Positions 32,382 through 43,195 of a stretch of DNA of 64,000 bases are shown here, in pieces. This DNA comes from Pelagomonas calceolata. Lineage: Eukaryota. Within the stretch, counting starts at the first letter, position 1. Each line of letters starts with the position of its first letter. Where the stretch lies: the NCBI GenBank assembly GCA_918797485.1, contig CAKKNE010000006.1, forward strand, positions 434,001-498,000, in the 5' to 3' direction. The notes beneath the pieces are model-generated. The model saw nothing but the letters and a program-made list of their open reading frames with translations. It was not told where the DNA came from and made no database searches. The position numbers and the translations under genes were made by a program.

Positions 32382-33071
32382 ATGAAGAGCGCGCTCGTCC
32401 TCGCCGCGGCGGCCAACGCGCTCGTCGCGCCGTCGGCGCCGGCCGCGTCCACGGTCGTCAGGCAGGCCGGGAAGGTCATCCAGACGCCGCCGATCTTAAC
32501 AAGAGACGACGGCCTCGAGACGCGGCCCATGGCCGCGGACATGCCGGGTATTGGGCTCGAGTTTGGGGGGAAGATCTTTGACCCCATGGGCTTCGCCACC
32601 TTCTCCGACGAATCATTGATCTGGTTCCGGGCCTGCGAGCTCAAGCACTCGCGCGTCGCCATGCTCGCCTGCGCTGGCTGGATCGTGAACGGCCTCCACT
32701 TAAGCTTGCCGGGCACGATCGATTACTCGACGAAGTTCAGCGACCTCGCCGCCAAAAAACCGCTCGACGCGTGGGCCGCCGTGCCGGTCGGCGGCAAGCT
32801 CCAGATCCTGGGCTGGATTTTTTGCGTCGAGTGCGCGTCGGAGATGCAGAAGCCGCACTACCTGAAGGGCGGCGAGTTCGTGACCTACGACTGGGCGAAC
32901 CTGTCGGGCGCCATGTCGCCGGAGTCGCTCAAGCGCAAGCAGGAGGCCGAACTCAAAAACGGGCGCCTGGCGATGATCGGCTTCATGTCGTTCCTCGCGG
33001 CGAACAACATCGAGGGGTCCGTGCCGATGGTCCCGCACTCGGAGGCGGCGAAGAGCATCCTCGGGCTCTGA
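32382..33071 (+). CDS. fucoxanthin-chlorophyll a/c light-harvesting protein (LHC family)
   Basis: FDPMGF, WFRACELKHSRVAMLA, KQEAELKNGRLAMIG; bipartite leader. Confidence 0.95.
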   Translation: MKSALVLAAAANALVAPSAPAASTVVRQAGKVIQTPPILTRDDGLETRPMAADMPGIGLEFGGKIFDPMGFATFSDESLIWFRACELKHSRVAMLACAGWIVNGLHLSLPGTIDYSTKFSDLAAKKPLDAWAAVPVGGKLQILGWIFCVECASEMQKPHYLKGGEFVTYDWANLSGAMSPESLKRKQEAELKNGRLAMIGFMSFLAANNIEGSVPMVPHSEAAKSILGL

Positions 33072-33532
33072 GTTGTTGGGCTTTCTTGTGGGTAAGGGGC
33101 CTCTCTATAGATAGCTATCCGGTGGTCCTTCGATAAGTAGCTCGCTGTAGGAGCTCGGTAGGAGCTCGGCGGAGGAGCTCGCGGGCCCGCGGGCTACTCG
33201 CGGGCCCAATGCGCAACGTCGCGTCGGAGGCGTCACGACGGAGTAGCCGGTACGTGCGGACAGATCGCCCCGCGGACGCGTGGGGCGCTAGCTCACGGCC
33301 GCGCGCGAAGCCAGGCCGCAGCCTCGCAGGCAGCCCAACGGGGGGCTGCCTTGCGAAGCTGAGCGTGCCGGCGTGCGCCCCGCCTTGCGTTTACTGAGGG
33401 TTCCAGGGCACGCCTCGCAACGTCCGCTCCATACGCCATCGCTGCGGCGGCAGCCCAACCTGGCGAAGAGCAACAGTCCACGGATCACAGTGGGGACGCC
33501 AGCTGTGCTAACGACGCTCGATACGAGGTACC

Positions 33533-35083
33533 ATGGAGGTCACCATCCACCACGAGTACCACGCCCCCGAGGCGCGCCTGCGCAAGAAGCTTGAGTTGGT
33601 CCAGACGGCGCTGCGTCTTGACCGCGACGTCCTGGACGAGATGCGAAATGAGTTAAGTGGCTTCCGGTCGGCGTTCGCGCGCACGAAGGCGCTCGCGCTC
33701 GAGCGGGCCGCTTCCCTCGAAGCGGAGAACGCGCAGCGGTTCGCGCTGAGCGAGGTCGCGGCCGCGGGTTCAAGAAGAGACGTCGAGATTGTAAGAGCGG
33801 AGGCCGAAGCTGCCAGAGATGCCGCAACAAATGCGACGAAGGCCCGCGCCGCCGGCGAGGCGGCCTTTGCGGCGATGCGAGCCGCGGCGCGCGCGCAAGC
33901 CGTTTCCGGCGCGGCGGACCTCGACGCGGCCCGCGCCGACGCGGACGAGGCCCACGCCTCGGCGCGCCAGGCGCGCGCCGACGCCGACGCGGCGGCCCGC
34001 CAGCGCGCCGAGGAGTCCGCGGCGGCGCGGCGCTACAACGACGTCGCCGCGGCCAAGGTCCGCGAAATTGAACAGAGGGCCGAGGGCGCGGCGCGCGAGG
34101 CGGCGGCCCTGCGCGCGGCCGTGGCGGGCGCCGAGGCCCGCGCGTCCTCCGCCGAGAATGAGCGACGGCGCGCCGTCGAGGACGCGGCGGAGGCGGTGCA
34201 ATTGAAGGCGCGCCTGGAGGACGCTAAAAATGCCGCGGACGCAGCCTGTGGCGCCGCGGCCTCGTCGGCGAGCGCCGCCGCGGACGCTCACCGCGAATCC
34301 GCGAGCGCCCTCGAGACGTCCATCAATGCGGAACTGCAAGCCGCCCGGGCGGCGCGGGACGCGGCCGAGGCCCGCGCGACGGAGGCCCTCGCGTCGGCGC
34401 ACGCGTACGGCAAGCGCGCCGTCGACGCGGAGACAAGCGTAGCTGACGCGGTGCAGCGCGCTGCAGAAGCCGAGGCGCGCCTGAAGGCGCTCGAAGAGGC
34501 GATGACTGGCATGTCGGAGACGGGGCAGGCCGAGCTCGCGAAGCTCAAGAGCCGCTTGAACGACGAGCGCAAAAAATCAATGACCCTCGTGGCGGAGAAC
34601 GACGCCGCGCGCGACGAGAACGAAAAGCTCGCGGAGGCGCTCGCAGCGACACATGAGGAACGGCGCCAGGACGCCGTGAACCTCAAAAAATTAGCGGAAG
34701 GGGTCGTCCAGGCGACCGCCGAGAAGGAGCGGTTGACCGAGCTGTTGAAGGTCGCGGCGGGCGAGCAAGCCAGACTCTCGAGCGAAATGGAGGCGTTGCG
34801 GCGGGCGCCGCCGTTGCCGGCGCCGTCGTGCGACGAAAGTGCTTTGCGGGAGCAGATCGCGAATTTGGAGCGGCACGTCCATAGGCAGGCGGAAGAAAGG
34901 GTCGAGCTGCTCGCGCGGCTCGAGGAGCGACGAGAGACGATGCCACCACCGATAATGGCGAACGTCGGGAACCTCCCGGCGATCTCCCAGTCGCTGCCCG
35001 AGGACCACGCGATGAAGTTCATCCAGCGCTCGCGGAAGGCGAAGGCGACGGCTCAAAGACGGCACCAGGCGCGACGGGTATAA
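33533..35083 (+). CDS. Ala-rich coiled-coil protein, 516 aa
   Basis: Long heptad-like A/E/R/K ORF. Confidence 0.7.
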   Translation: MEVTIHHEYHAPEARLRKKLELVQTALRLDRDVLDEMRNELSGFRSAFARTKALALERAASLEAENAQRFALSEVAAAGSRRDVEIVRAEAEAARDAATNATKARAAGEAAFAAMRAAARAQAVSGAADLDAARADADEAHASARQARADADAAARQRAEESAAARRYNDVAAAKVREIEQRAEGAAREAAALRAAVAGAEARASSAENERRRAVEDAAEAVQLKARLEDAKNAADAACGAAASSASAAADAHRESASALETSINAELQAARAARDAAEARATEALASAHAYGKRAVDAETSVADAVQRAAEAEARLKALEEAMTGMSETGQAELAKLKSRLNDERKKSMTLVAENDAARDENEKLAEALAATHEERRQDAVNLKKLAEGVVQATAEKERLTELLKVAAGEQARLSSEMEALRRAPPLPAPSCDESALREQIANLERHVHRQAEERVELLARLEERRETMPPPIMANVGNLPAISQSLPEDHAMKFIQRSRKAKATAQRRHQARRV

Positions 35084-35227
35084 GTTTGTCTTTGGCTCTC
35101 GCGTCGTCGAGATGGCGCACACGCGCCGTCGATCAGAGATCTAGGATACCCACGCCGTCGCCGCGACGAATATATAGATCATCTTACGCCCGCGCGGCGC
35201 CCGCGCCGGCCACAATTCCCCACCTAC

Positions 35228-36461
<1,234 letters not shown>

Positions 36462-36659
36462 TTTGGCAGGCAGTCCGCTCAGCTGGGAGTTTTGTTAAAT
36501 AATTGGATAAGTTGGGCCACGCGACGTGTGCTGGCTTTTGCAGCTCGGTCTCGCTGAGTGCTGGTCGCTCAGTTGCTGGATATCGCTTCGTCAAGCCTGC
36601 TCGTGCAGCCAGGCTGCCGAGACGCCGATATCGATGCCCGACGAGTCGACGCGCCGATT

Positions 36660-36681
36660 ACTAGTGTCTCATTACGCTAGG
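36660..36681 (-). promoter_or_regulatory. CTAG-palindrome upstream motif
   Basis: ACTAGTG-TCTCATTA-CGCTAGG between divergent starts 36461 and 37027. Confidence 0.55.
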
Positions 36682-36980
36682 ACACCGTGCAAAAACATGG
36701 AATCAAAGCATACAGTATGGGTCCTCACGACTGATAACGTCGCCCGGGACGGATCTAGCTTGTCGACGATTATGCTCTTGTTTTGCATCAGTGAGAGTGC
36801 AAAGCTGGGCTCTCACGCCAGGCGGGTACGATTCGTGCTCAGTTAACGATTATTCATTGTCACAACAGCGCGCAGCGAACTGCACTAAAAAACTGCAGCT
36901 AGAAAGGCAAGCAACAGCACAGGGCCTGCTCACCTTAGTGCAGCATAGTGCAGCAAGCGCACGGCTGCGCCAGACCTGCT

Positions 36981-37009
36981 CACAACAAGCACAACAAGCA
37001 CAACAAGCA
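36981..37009 (+). repeat. (CACAACAAG)3 tandem repeat in the 5' leader
   Basis: Read directly. Confidence 0.8.
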
Positions 37010-37026
37010 TACCACAGCACCGGAAT

Positions 37027-38472
37027 ATGTCAGCCCGCACCGCCGCCTTCAAAGCCGTCGTCGACGCGCTGAAGGCCCGAGGCAAGACGACCACCGTCGT
37101 CGAGAGCACGGCGGGCGGCCTCATCAGCAGCTCGATCATGGCCGTCGAGGGCTCGTCCGCCGTCTACCAGGGCGGCTCCGTGGCGTATAGTACGCAGAAG
37201 TGCAAGCCTGTCCTGCTGAATGACGCCGAGCTGCACGCGTCGCTCCTGAACGCCTCGGCGGCGGACGCCGCGTCGTACAAGGCGTCGAAGCGCGACTGGA
37301 CGGCGAAGACGGCCGTCGCATACTGCGAGGCCATGGGGACGGACTACGCCGTCGCCGAGGGCGGGGCTGCCGGGCCGACGTTCCGGCCGAAGGGGCTGGA
37401 TTCGGGGTTCTCGGCCATCGCCGTCGCCGCGCGGACCCCCGACGGGATCAAGGTCGTCCGCCAGACATTGTGCGAGAGTCCGCACGCGCGCCGCGGCGAC
37501 AACATGGAAAGGTTCGCCACCGCCGCGGCGCGCGAGCTACTCGCCGCGGCGACGGGCGACGGCTTGGACCGCTGCGCGGGCGAGCGGGACAACGCCAAGG
37601 CCATCGCGGCTTACGCGTCACGCTCAGACGCTAGTTATGTCGTCTGCGACGGCGGGAAGGCGCTCTTCGAGGCCGACGGCAAGCTCGAGCGGCTGTCACG
37701 CGCCGATGCTGCGCGCTTCGGCGACGTCGCAACGGCCACGTTCCTGGGCACGCTCGACGGCGCGCCGCTCTTCGCCGTCGACGCGACCCTCGAGACGGAC
37801 GACGCCCGCTTTAGGGATACAAGGGTACATGGACCATTCCTCAGCTTCAGCGAGAACCAGGTGGCCCTCGCGGCGACCGCTTTAGTGACTTGGAAGAGAC
37901 GGTCAGGCTTCTGCTCCATCTGCGGGGGCCCCTGCACGCTCGGGTCCGCGGGCCACGCGCGCACCTGCCAGACCTGTAAAGCCGTCTCGTTTCCTAAAAG
38001 CGACCCGGCGATGATCTGCGCCGTGTCGAACCGCGCGAACGACAAGATCCTGCTGGCGCGGTCGCCGCGGCACCCCGAGGGCGTCATGACCACGTTAGCT
38101 GGCTTCGTCGAGGCGGGCGAGACCTTCGAGGCCTGCGTCGCGCGCGAGGTGCTGGAGGAGACGGGGGTCCGCATCGACGAGGGCTCCGTGCGCTACCTCA
38201 AGTCGCAGCCGTGGCCGTTTCCGCAGAGTTGCATGGTCGCGTTCCGAGCGACGGCGGACTGCGGCCAGGAACTCGTCTTAGATGATGAATTGCTCGAGGC
38301 GCGGTGGTGGGATCGCTCCGCCGTGCGGAGGGCCTGCGGCGTGCCCGGCGCGGTCATGTCGCCGGACGTTGCGAAGGAGGCCTTCGACAAGGACCCTTCC
38401 CTGGAGCTCCTCGTGCCGCCCAAGAAGGTCGTCGCGCGGGAGCTCATCGAGGCCTGGCTCTCAGAAACCTAA
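37027..38472 (+). CDS. PncC/CinA-C (NMN deamidase-like) domain fused to a NudC NADH pyrophosphatase
   Basis: VESTAGGLISS..GSSAVYQGGSVAYSTQK..GAAGP (CinA-C); Zn motif CSIC..CQTC, Nudix box GFVEAGETFEACVAREVLEETG, NudC signature SQPWPFPQS. Confidence 0.85.
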   Translation: MSARTAAFKAVVDALKARGKTTTVVESTAGGLISSSIMAVEGSSAVYQGGSVAYSTQKCKPVLLNDAELHASLLNASAADAASYKASKRDWTAKTAVAYCEAMGTDYAVAEGGAAGPTFRPKGLDSGFSAIAVAARTPDGIKVVRQTLCESPHARRGDNMERFATAAARELLAAATGDGLDRCAGERDNAKAIAAYASRSDASYVVCDGGKALFEADGKLERLSRADAARFGDVATATFLGTLDGAPLFAVDATLETDDARFRDTRVHGPFLSFSENQVALAATALVTWKRRSGFCSICGGPCTLGSAGHARTCQTCKAVSFPKSDPAMICAVSNRANDKILLARSPRHPEGVMTTLAGFVEAGETFEACVAREVLEETGVRIDEGSVRYLKSQPWPFPQSCMVAFRATADCGQELVLDDELLEARWWDRSAVRRACGVPGAVMSPDVAKEAFDKDPSLELLVPPKKVVARELIEAWLSET

Positions 38473-38479
38473 ATTAAAC

Positions 38480-40819
38480 TTAACAAGTACTAACTCTAGA
38501 TACGCCCGTCACGTCGTCCGCACCGCGCTCGAAGTGCAGGACACCGGTGAAGAAGTCGAAGGCCGGCACACAAGCACCGGCCTCCGCGTGGAAGATGGCC
38601 AATACGACTGAGGAGGGGCAGGCGTCTTTGATACTCTTCTGCGCTACTGCTTTTGATGCGGGATCGAGCGGCGAAAAGATCTCGTCCAGGAGCAACAGGT
38701 CGGGGCACGGCATGCCTTTTTCGTGGGGCAAGAGGACCTGTCTCATTAGTTCAAACTTGACGCGCTGGCCGCCGGACAAGCTTCCGCAGAAGTCGTCCTG
38801 CTCCTCGGTTAGCAGCGTCGTGTTTGTGGACGCTCCGGGGTAGAAGTCCAGGGCATCGAGTAGTGATGCGACGTCGTCCACACTCGCCTCGACACGAGTA
38901 GTAGCCCAAGCTAAAGGTACGGCGTGGAGCGGGCAGTAGGGCTGCTGGGCGACGTGTATTAATGTACGAGGCACGGCCACGACGCCTTCATTTAAAACTA
39001 GTCCAGGCGGGGGCGCCGCGTCGCCGCGCGCGCAGGCTTGGAGTAGCGCAAATAGCGACGACTTGCCTCCACCATTCGGGCCGGACACGGCGAGGACGTC
39101 GCCCGGTTGTGCTGAAGCCTTGGCGCGGACCTTTGCCGCACCCCTCGAGAATGAAACGTCGAGCGCCAGGTCGCCAACGCTACAAGTTCGAGCTAACGAC
39201 TCGTCCTCGTCATGCACTTCATCCAACGCCCGAGCGAAGGTCTCCAACCGTTCGACGTCCGCTAGCAACTCGCCGAGCTCCGCCTCCGCGCGACTCCGCG
39301 TCAGGAGCGTGTCGAGGCCGTCCTCCAAGGCGCGCGCCGTGACCCAGACCTCGCCCACGTCGATCAATCCTCTCTCGAGCAACCCAGCCAAGGCCACCTC
39401 GAGCGCCGGCGTGAGAAAATCGGACCAGTACAACCATCGCACGTACCTCCGGATCGTCTCGTAGAAGGTCCCAAAGGCCTTCTCGCGCTCGATCGAAGAA
39501 GCTAGAGACGCCCACCGTTCCTTGACGAAGGCCTCGCCGTCGGCGGCTCGGAGAGCGTCCGCATCTTGGACATCTCGCGCTTCCACCTTCGAACGCGTGG
39601 AGGCGAGCGTCTTGGCCACTTTCCTCCTACGTTCGACGGCTTGCGTGAGCGCCGCGATGCCTCTCGCTTTGGCCCCGTCCAACGCCAAGAAGACGGGCAA
39701 AGCTGCGAGAAACGCTTTGGGATGTCGAGAGATCATCGTTGGTAATAATAGAAGCTTGGGCACGGAGAAGACCTTCCGCGACGCCAATTCATAACATCTT
39801 CTAGCAGATGTCTCGAGCGTCGACGCGTGGGCTTCTAGCGTGAGATCCGAGGCCGCGACGGCGGTGAGAGCCCGCGCGTCGCCGCCGAGCACGCTGTCCA
39901 GGCGCAGCGATCTAGTGAGCGAATGCGTGTACCGTCTGAATGATAATTCGTAGGTCGCTTCCAGCGCCGTCCGCTGCACCAGGTACGGAATGGCCGCCGC
40001 CATCACAAAAGCGATGACCTTCCGGCCATACGGTTTCGCGCCGAGCGGCTTCTGGCCGCCCGCCCCCACCAACAGATTCTTCCGCCGCTGCGCCGCCCGC
40101 AGATAGTCGACGCCGAGCTGGCCCACGCCTAATTGGATGCGCAAACCGACGAAAACTAGAGCCACGGTCCGCTCGCGGAAGCCAGCACCGCCGACGGCCG
40201 CGAAGGCGCCGTAGGCCCGCTCGAGCTCCGCGACCGGCAGCAAGTAGCGAGCTACCCGCGGCCCGGCGACGAAGGCCCCGAGCCCCGCCACCAGCGCGGC
40301 GAGGAGACGTGTGAACTGTGGTCGTTGCGCCGCGGCGAGGCGCTCGACCAACTCGGCCTTCCGGCCCGTCGCGTCGGCGCCCGCGGCCTCGAGCGCGGCT
40401 CTCAGCTCAGAAACCTTCATCGTTTTGACGTCCGCGGCGTCAGTAGTTGTGGGTGCCGCGGCGTAGGCGACCGCGAGCGCGACGAAGGCCCGCAGCGCGA
40501 GGCCGCCGCGGCCGCAGGCGATGGCCGCGCCCGTTACGGTGGAAGCGACGACCGCGCCCAAGAGATGCTGCGGCGCGAGGAGCGACAGGACCTCGCAGGC
40601 AGTCGTGAGGGCCATGTCGCGCCAGTAGACGGCCGTCGCGAGGCGCTGGGCGTTCACGGCGGCGAGGCACGCGAGCAGTACTGCTTGCACGTAGACGACA
40701 CCAAGGCGTTCCCGCCGGCCGCGGAGCGCGACCCGTGCAAAGGCTGTGCTGACGGGGATTGCTACTGCATCCCTTGCGAGGGCGACGAAGAGCTCCTCTG
40801 CCGTGAGCACCGTGAGCAT
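38480..40819 (-). CDS. half-size ABC-transporter-like protein with an embedded SAP motif
   Basis: Walker A GPNGGGKS, LSGGQ, LLLDE; TM region; SAP DVKTMKVSELRAALEAAGADATGRKAELVERL. Start uncertain (ATG 40819). Confidence 0.75.
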   Translation of the reverse strand: MLTVLTAEELFVALARDAVAIPVSTAFARVALRGRRERLGVVYVQAVLLACLAAVNAQRLATAVYWRDMALTTACEVLSLLAPQHLLGAVVASTVTGAAIACGRGGLALRAFVALAVAYAAAPTTTDAADVKTMKVSELRAALEAAGADATGRKAELVERLAAAQRPQFTRLLAALVAGLGAFVAGPRVARYLLPVAELERAYGAFAAVGGAGFRERTVALVFVGLRIQLGVGQLGVDYLRAAQRRKNLLVGAGGQKPLGAKPYGRKVIAFVMAAAIPYLVQRTALEATYELSFRRYTHSLTRSLRLDSVLGGDARALTAVAASDLTLEAHASTLETSARRCYELASRKVFSVPKLLLLPTMISRHPKAFLAALPVFLALDGAKARGIAALTQAVERRRKVAKTLASTRSKVEARDVQDADALRAADGEAFVKERWASLASSIEREKAFGTFYETIRRYVRWLYWSDFLTPALEVALAGLLERGLIDVGEVWVTARALEDGLDTLLTRSRAEAELGELLADVERLETFARALDEVHDEDESLARTCSVGDLALDVSFSRGAAKVRAKASAQPGDVLAVSGPNGGGKSSLFALLQACARGDAAPPPGLVLNEGVVAVPRTLIHVAQQPYCPLHAVPLAWATTRVEASVDDVASLLDALDFYPGASTNTTLLTEEQDDFCGSLSGGQRVKFELMRQVLLPHEKGMPCPDLLLLDEIFSPLDPASKAVAQKSIKDACPSSVVLAIFHAEAGACVPAFDFFTGVLHFERGADDVTGVSRVSTC

Positions 40820-40914
40820 GGTAGCGCAGCGATCGCTTGCGAAACGAGTGCACAGCGTTTGCACTCTCGCCGATGAATCGCTCTCGCGCAGCCGCCGGCG
40901 CCAAGGTGCACGCT

Positions 40915-40939
40915 GCTAGCGGTGGTAAGACACACTAGC
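40915..40939 (+). promoter_or_regulatory. CTAG-palindrome upstream motif
   Basis: GCTAGCG-GTGGTAAGACA-CACTAGC(AAGC) between divergent starts 40819 and 41068. Confidence 0.7.
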
Positions 40940-41067
40940 AAGCCTTCAATATAAATACGCAAGGAGCACCCGCATCGGTGCGGCTAGAGATCGCTAGAGA
41001 TCGCTGCGGAGACCTTTCAACAGATAACATTGCTGGCGAATCGATCGCCCGCTGCGCTCACTCCAAC

Positions 41068-42318
41068 ATGTCCTCTACAAACACAGCCACTCCAAGCAGC
41101 CCCAGCGCCGTCGACGCGGCGCCGCAGCCCTCGAGCACTCCCACTGGAAACATCTCCCGCGACGCCGTCGACGCGATGCCGCAGCCCAGCACACAAAAAG
41201 ACGACGCCGACGAGACCTGCGACCCCGACGCCTTGTTGAGTCCGGACCGCGTCGCGTCGAGCCCGCTGCCCGGCGTCGTGCTGTTAAAAAACGCGTTGGA
41301 CGAAGCCGGCCAGCGCGAGGCGCTGGCCTGGGCGCTGCGCCACGGCATCGACCGGAAAGCGTGGCTCGACGCCGACGGCGCGCTGAACGCGCCGCGCCAG
41401 TTCCGGGGGCGCTGCTATGATGCGGTGGAGGCCGTCGATCCCAGGGCCGGAGCGCTCAGCGACGCGCTGCAGGAAGCGGCGCGACGCGCGTATAAAGAGG
41501 TGGACCCGGTGGGCGCCTCGACCACACATTTGCTCATGCTCTTCTACGCGAAGCTCGAGCGCGGTCTCGGCTGGCACCGGGACAACGGCCGGTCCGACGG
41601 CCGCGACCTGACGCCCGTCGTGTCGCTGTCGCTCGGCGCGGCGTGCTCCTTCCGCATGAAGCACGGCCCCAACGATCCGGAGACGACGGTCGTGCTCGAA
41701 TCGGGCGACGCGATCTTATTTGGAGGGCCCGCGCGGCACATCATGCACGCCGTCACGGACCTGCAAAAGGGCACGTGCCCGGCGCATCTCCGAGATATGG
41801 TAAGGGGCCGCGTGCCGGGCGACCCGGCCGAGTGGCGGCTCAATTTGACGTGGTGCGGCGCGGTGTGTCAATCATGACCTCCACGCCATCGACGCGGCGC
41901 CTGCTTGATGGCGTTCACTTTGATATCTGCGCGCAGGCGGCACGCGCCCGAATTACGAGGCCTCGAGGGCGGCGACCGCTTCCACATCCTCGGGTCGCCG
42001 ACGGCGACCTTCGTCGCGACGGCGCGCGAGAAGGGGCTGGCCGCGGCGCGCGCCGAGGCGAACGCGCGGAAGCTCGCGCGCAAGCAGAAGAAGGCGCGGC
42101 GGCGCTTCGGTACGGACTGCGCGCTCGGCGCGGGCTGCGACCGGCCGTGCTGCGCGCCCCGGACGACGCGGACGCACCTCGACTTCGTGAAGCCGGCGGA
42201 GGAGGAGCCGCCGCCGCCGCCGCCGGCCTACCTCATGGTGCTGTACCTCGTGGGGCCGGTGGCGCTGGGGGTGGGGGCGGCGCGGGTGGCGCGGTGGGTT
42301 TTTGAGGGTGGTGCGTAA
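41068..42318 (+). CDS. AlkB-family 2OG-Fe(II) dioxygenase with a C-terminal TM; exons 41068-41852 and 41937-42318 (~388 aa)
   Basis: GLGWHRD, PVVSLSLG, LESGDAILFGG..HAV; splicing restores the RLNLTWR motif. Confidence 0.85.
41853..41936 (+). mobile_element. degenerate introner intron (84 nt, phase 2)
   Basis: GTGCGGCG|CGGTGTGTCAATCA...CCACGCCATCGACGCG...TTTGATATCTGCGCGCAG|GCGGCACG. Confidence 0.8.
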
Positions 42319-42439
42319 GTTTCGTACGTTTTTATGTTACACTCCTCGGGGGATGCAGCGGGTAGCCTTCGCGCCTAGGACGTGAGGACGGCGCCGCGAG
42401 GGCGGGTGTGGGGAACAGCAAAGGGATATGTGCACCCGA

Positions 42440-42853
42440 TCAGACGTGGAGTCTGTGGGCCTGCCCGCCCGACGTGGAGTCGAGCGGGGGGATATAGATT
42501 GTCGTCTCATTTGCGGCAGACAATTCGGCGACATTCACTTTTGGGCTTCGAGGCTCATAAAAATCTTCCATCCATAAAAAGCTGCACGGGCAAATGTTGC
42601 CATCGCAATCCGGCCCAACGGCGCCACTGCACTCCTGGAGGCGCCGCTGGAACGTGCCCTCGACAAACGCGGCCGGCTCGCCCGCGCCGCCATGCGCCAG
42701 CGCGACCGATGGCTTCTCGTTCGACGCGAGGCCGAGGAAGCGGCTCTTGGCGTCTTCGGGGACGCTCAGGTCGCGGTCGCGGTTGCGGCCGCGGAGGTGC
42801 GCTTCAGGGAGCGCGTTCGCGGAGAGCACGAGACAAAAGAGGACAGTACGCAT
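42440..42853 (-). CDS. small secreted hypothetical protein (3' end may be spliced)
   Basis: Signal peptide MRTVLFCLVLSANA; RRLQ motif; Cys cluster. Confidence 0.55.
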   Translation of the reverse strand: MRTVLFCLVLSANALPEAHLRGRNRDRDLSVPEDAKSRFLGLASNEKPSVALAHGGAGEPAAFVEGTFQRRLQECSGAVGPDCDGNICPCSFLWMEDFYEPRSPKVNVAELSAANETTIYIPPLDSTSGGQAHRLHV

Positions 42854-43154
42854 CTCTTTAAGCTTCGTATGCGTGCGAGTCTTCCTGTGCCTGCGTGAAT
42901 CACTGCCGTCGCGGTTCGTGCCCTCAATGATTTTCGAGCCCGGGCGGCTCCGCGCGGGGCAAACCCCCTCAATTGACGACGCGGCGGCGCCGCACGAGAC
43001 CTGGCCTGCTTACTTGTTTTCTCCTCAGAGCTGCGACGCGGCCAGGCAAGCCGTTCGACCAATCTGGCGTCACAAATATTAACTTGACAGTAATTGCCGC
43101 CCCGTCGGTTCCTCCAGAACTGCGTCGTCGCGGCTTGGATGGTGAACCCAGCTT

Positions 43155-43178
43155 GCTAGTGTCTCACAGGCCGCTAGG
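43155..43178 (-). promoter_or_regulatory. CTAG-palindrome upstream motif
   Basis: GCTAGTG-TCTCACAGGC-CGCTAGG, 17 nt past the importin stop and about 300 bp upstream of 42853(-). Confidence 0.6.
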
Positions 43179-43195
43179 TTAATAACCCTAGAACC

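Noticed and set aside
33141..33210. GGAGCTC and GCGGGCCC short repeats; also the 21-bp repeat near 62070-62115
   Set aside because: Local slippage-type repeats with no recurrence elsewhere.
41095..41195. Duplicated GCCGTCGACGCG (AVDA.PQPS x2) in the AlkB N-terminus as an introner
   Set aside because: No TIR or splice sites; more simply a low-complexity coding duplication.
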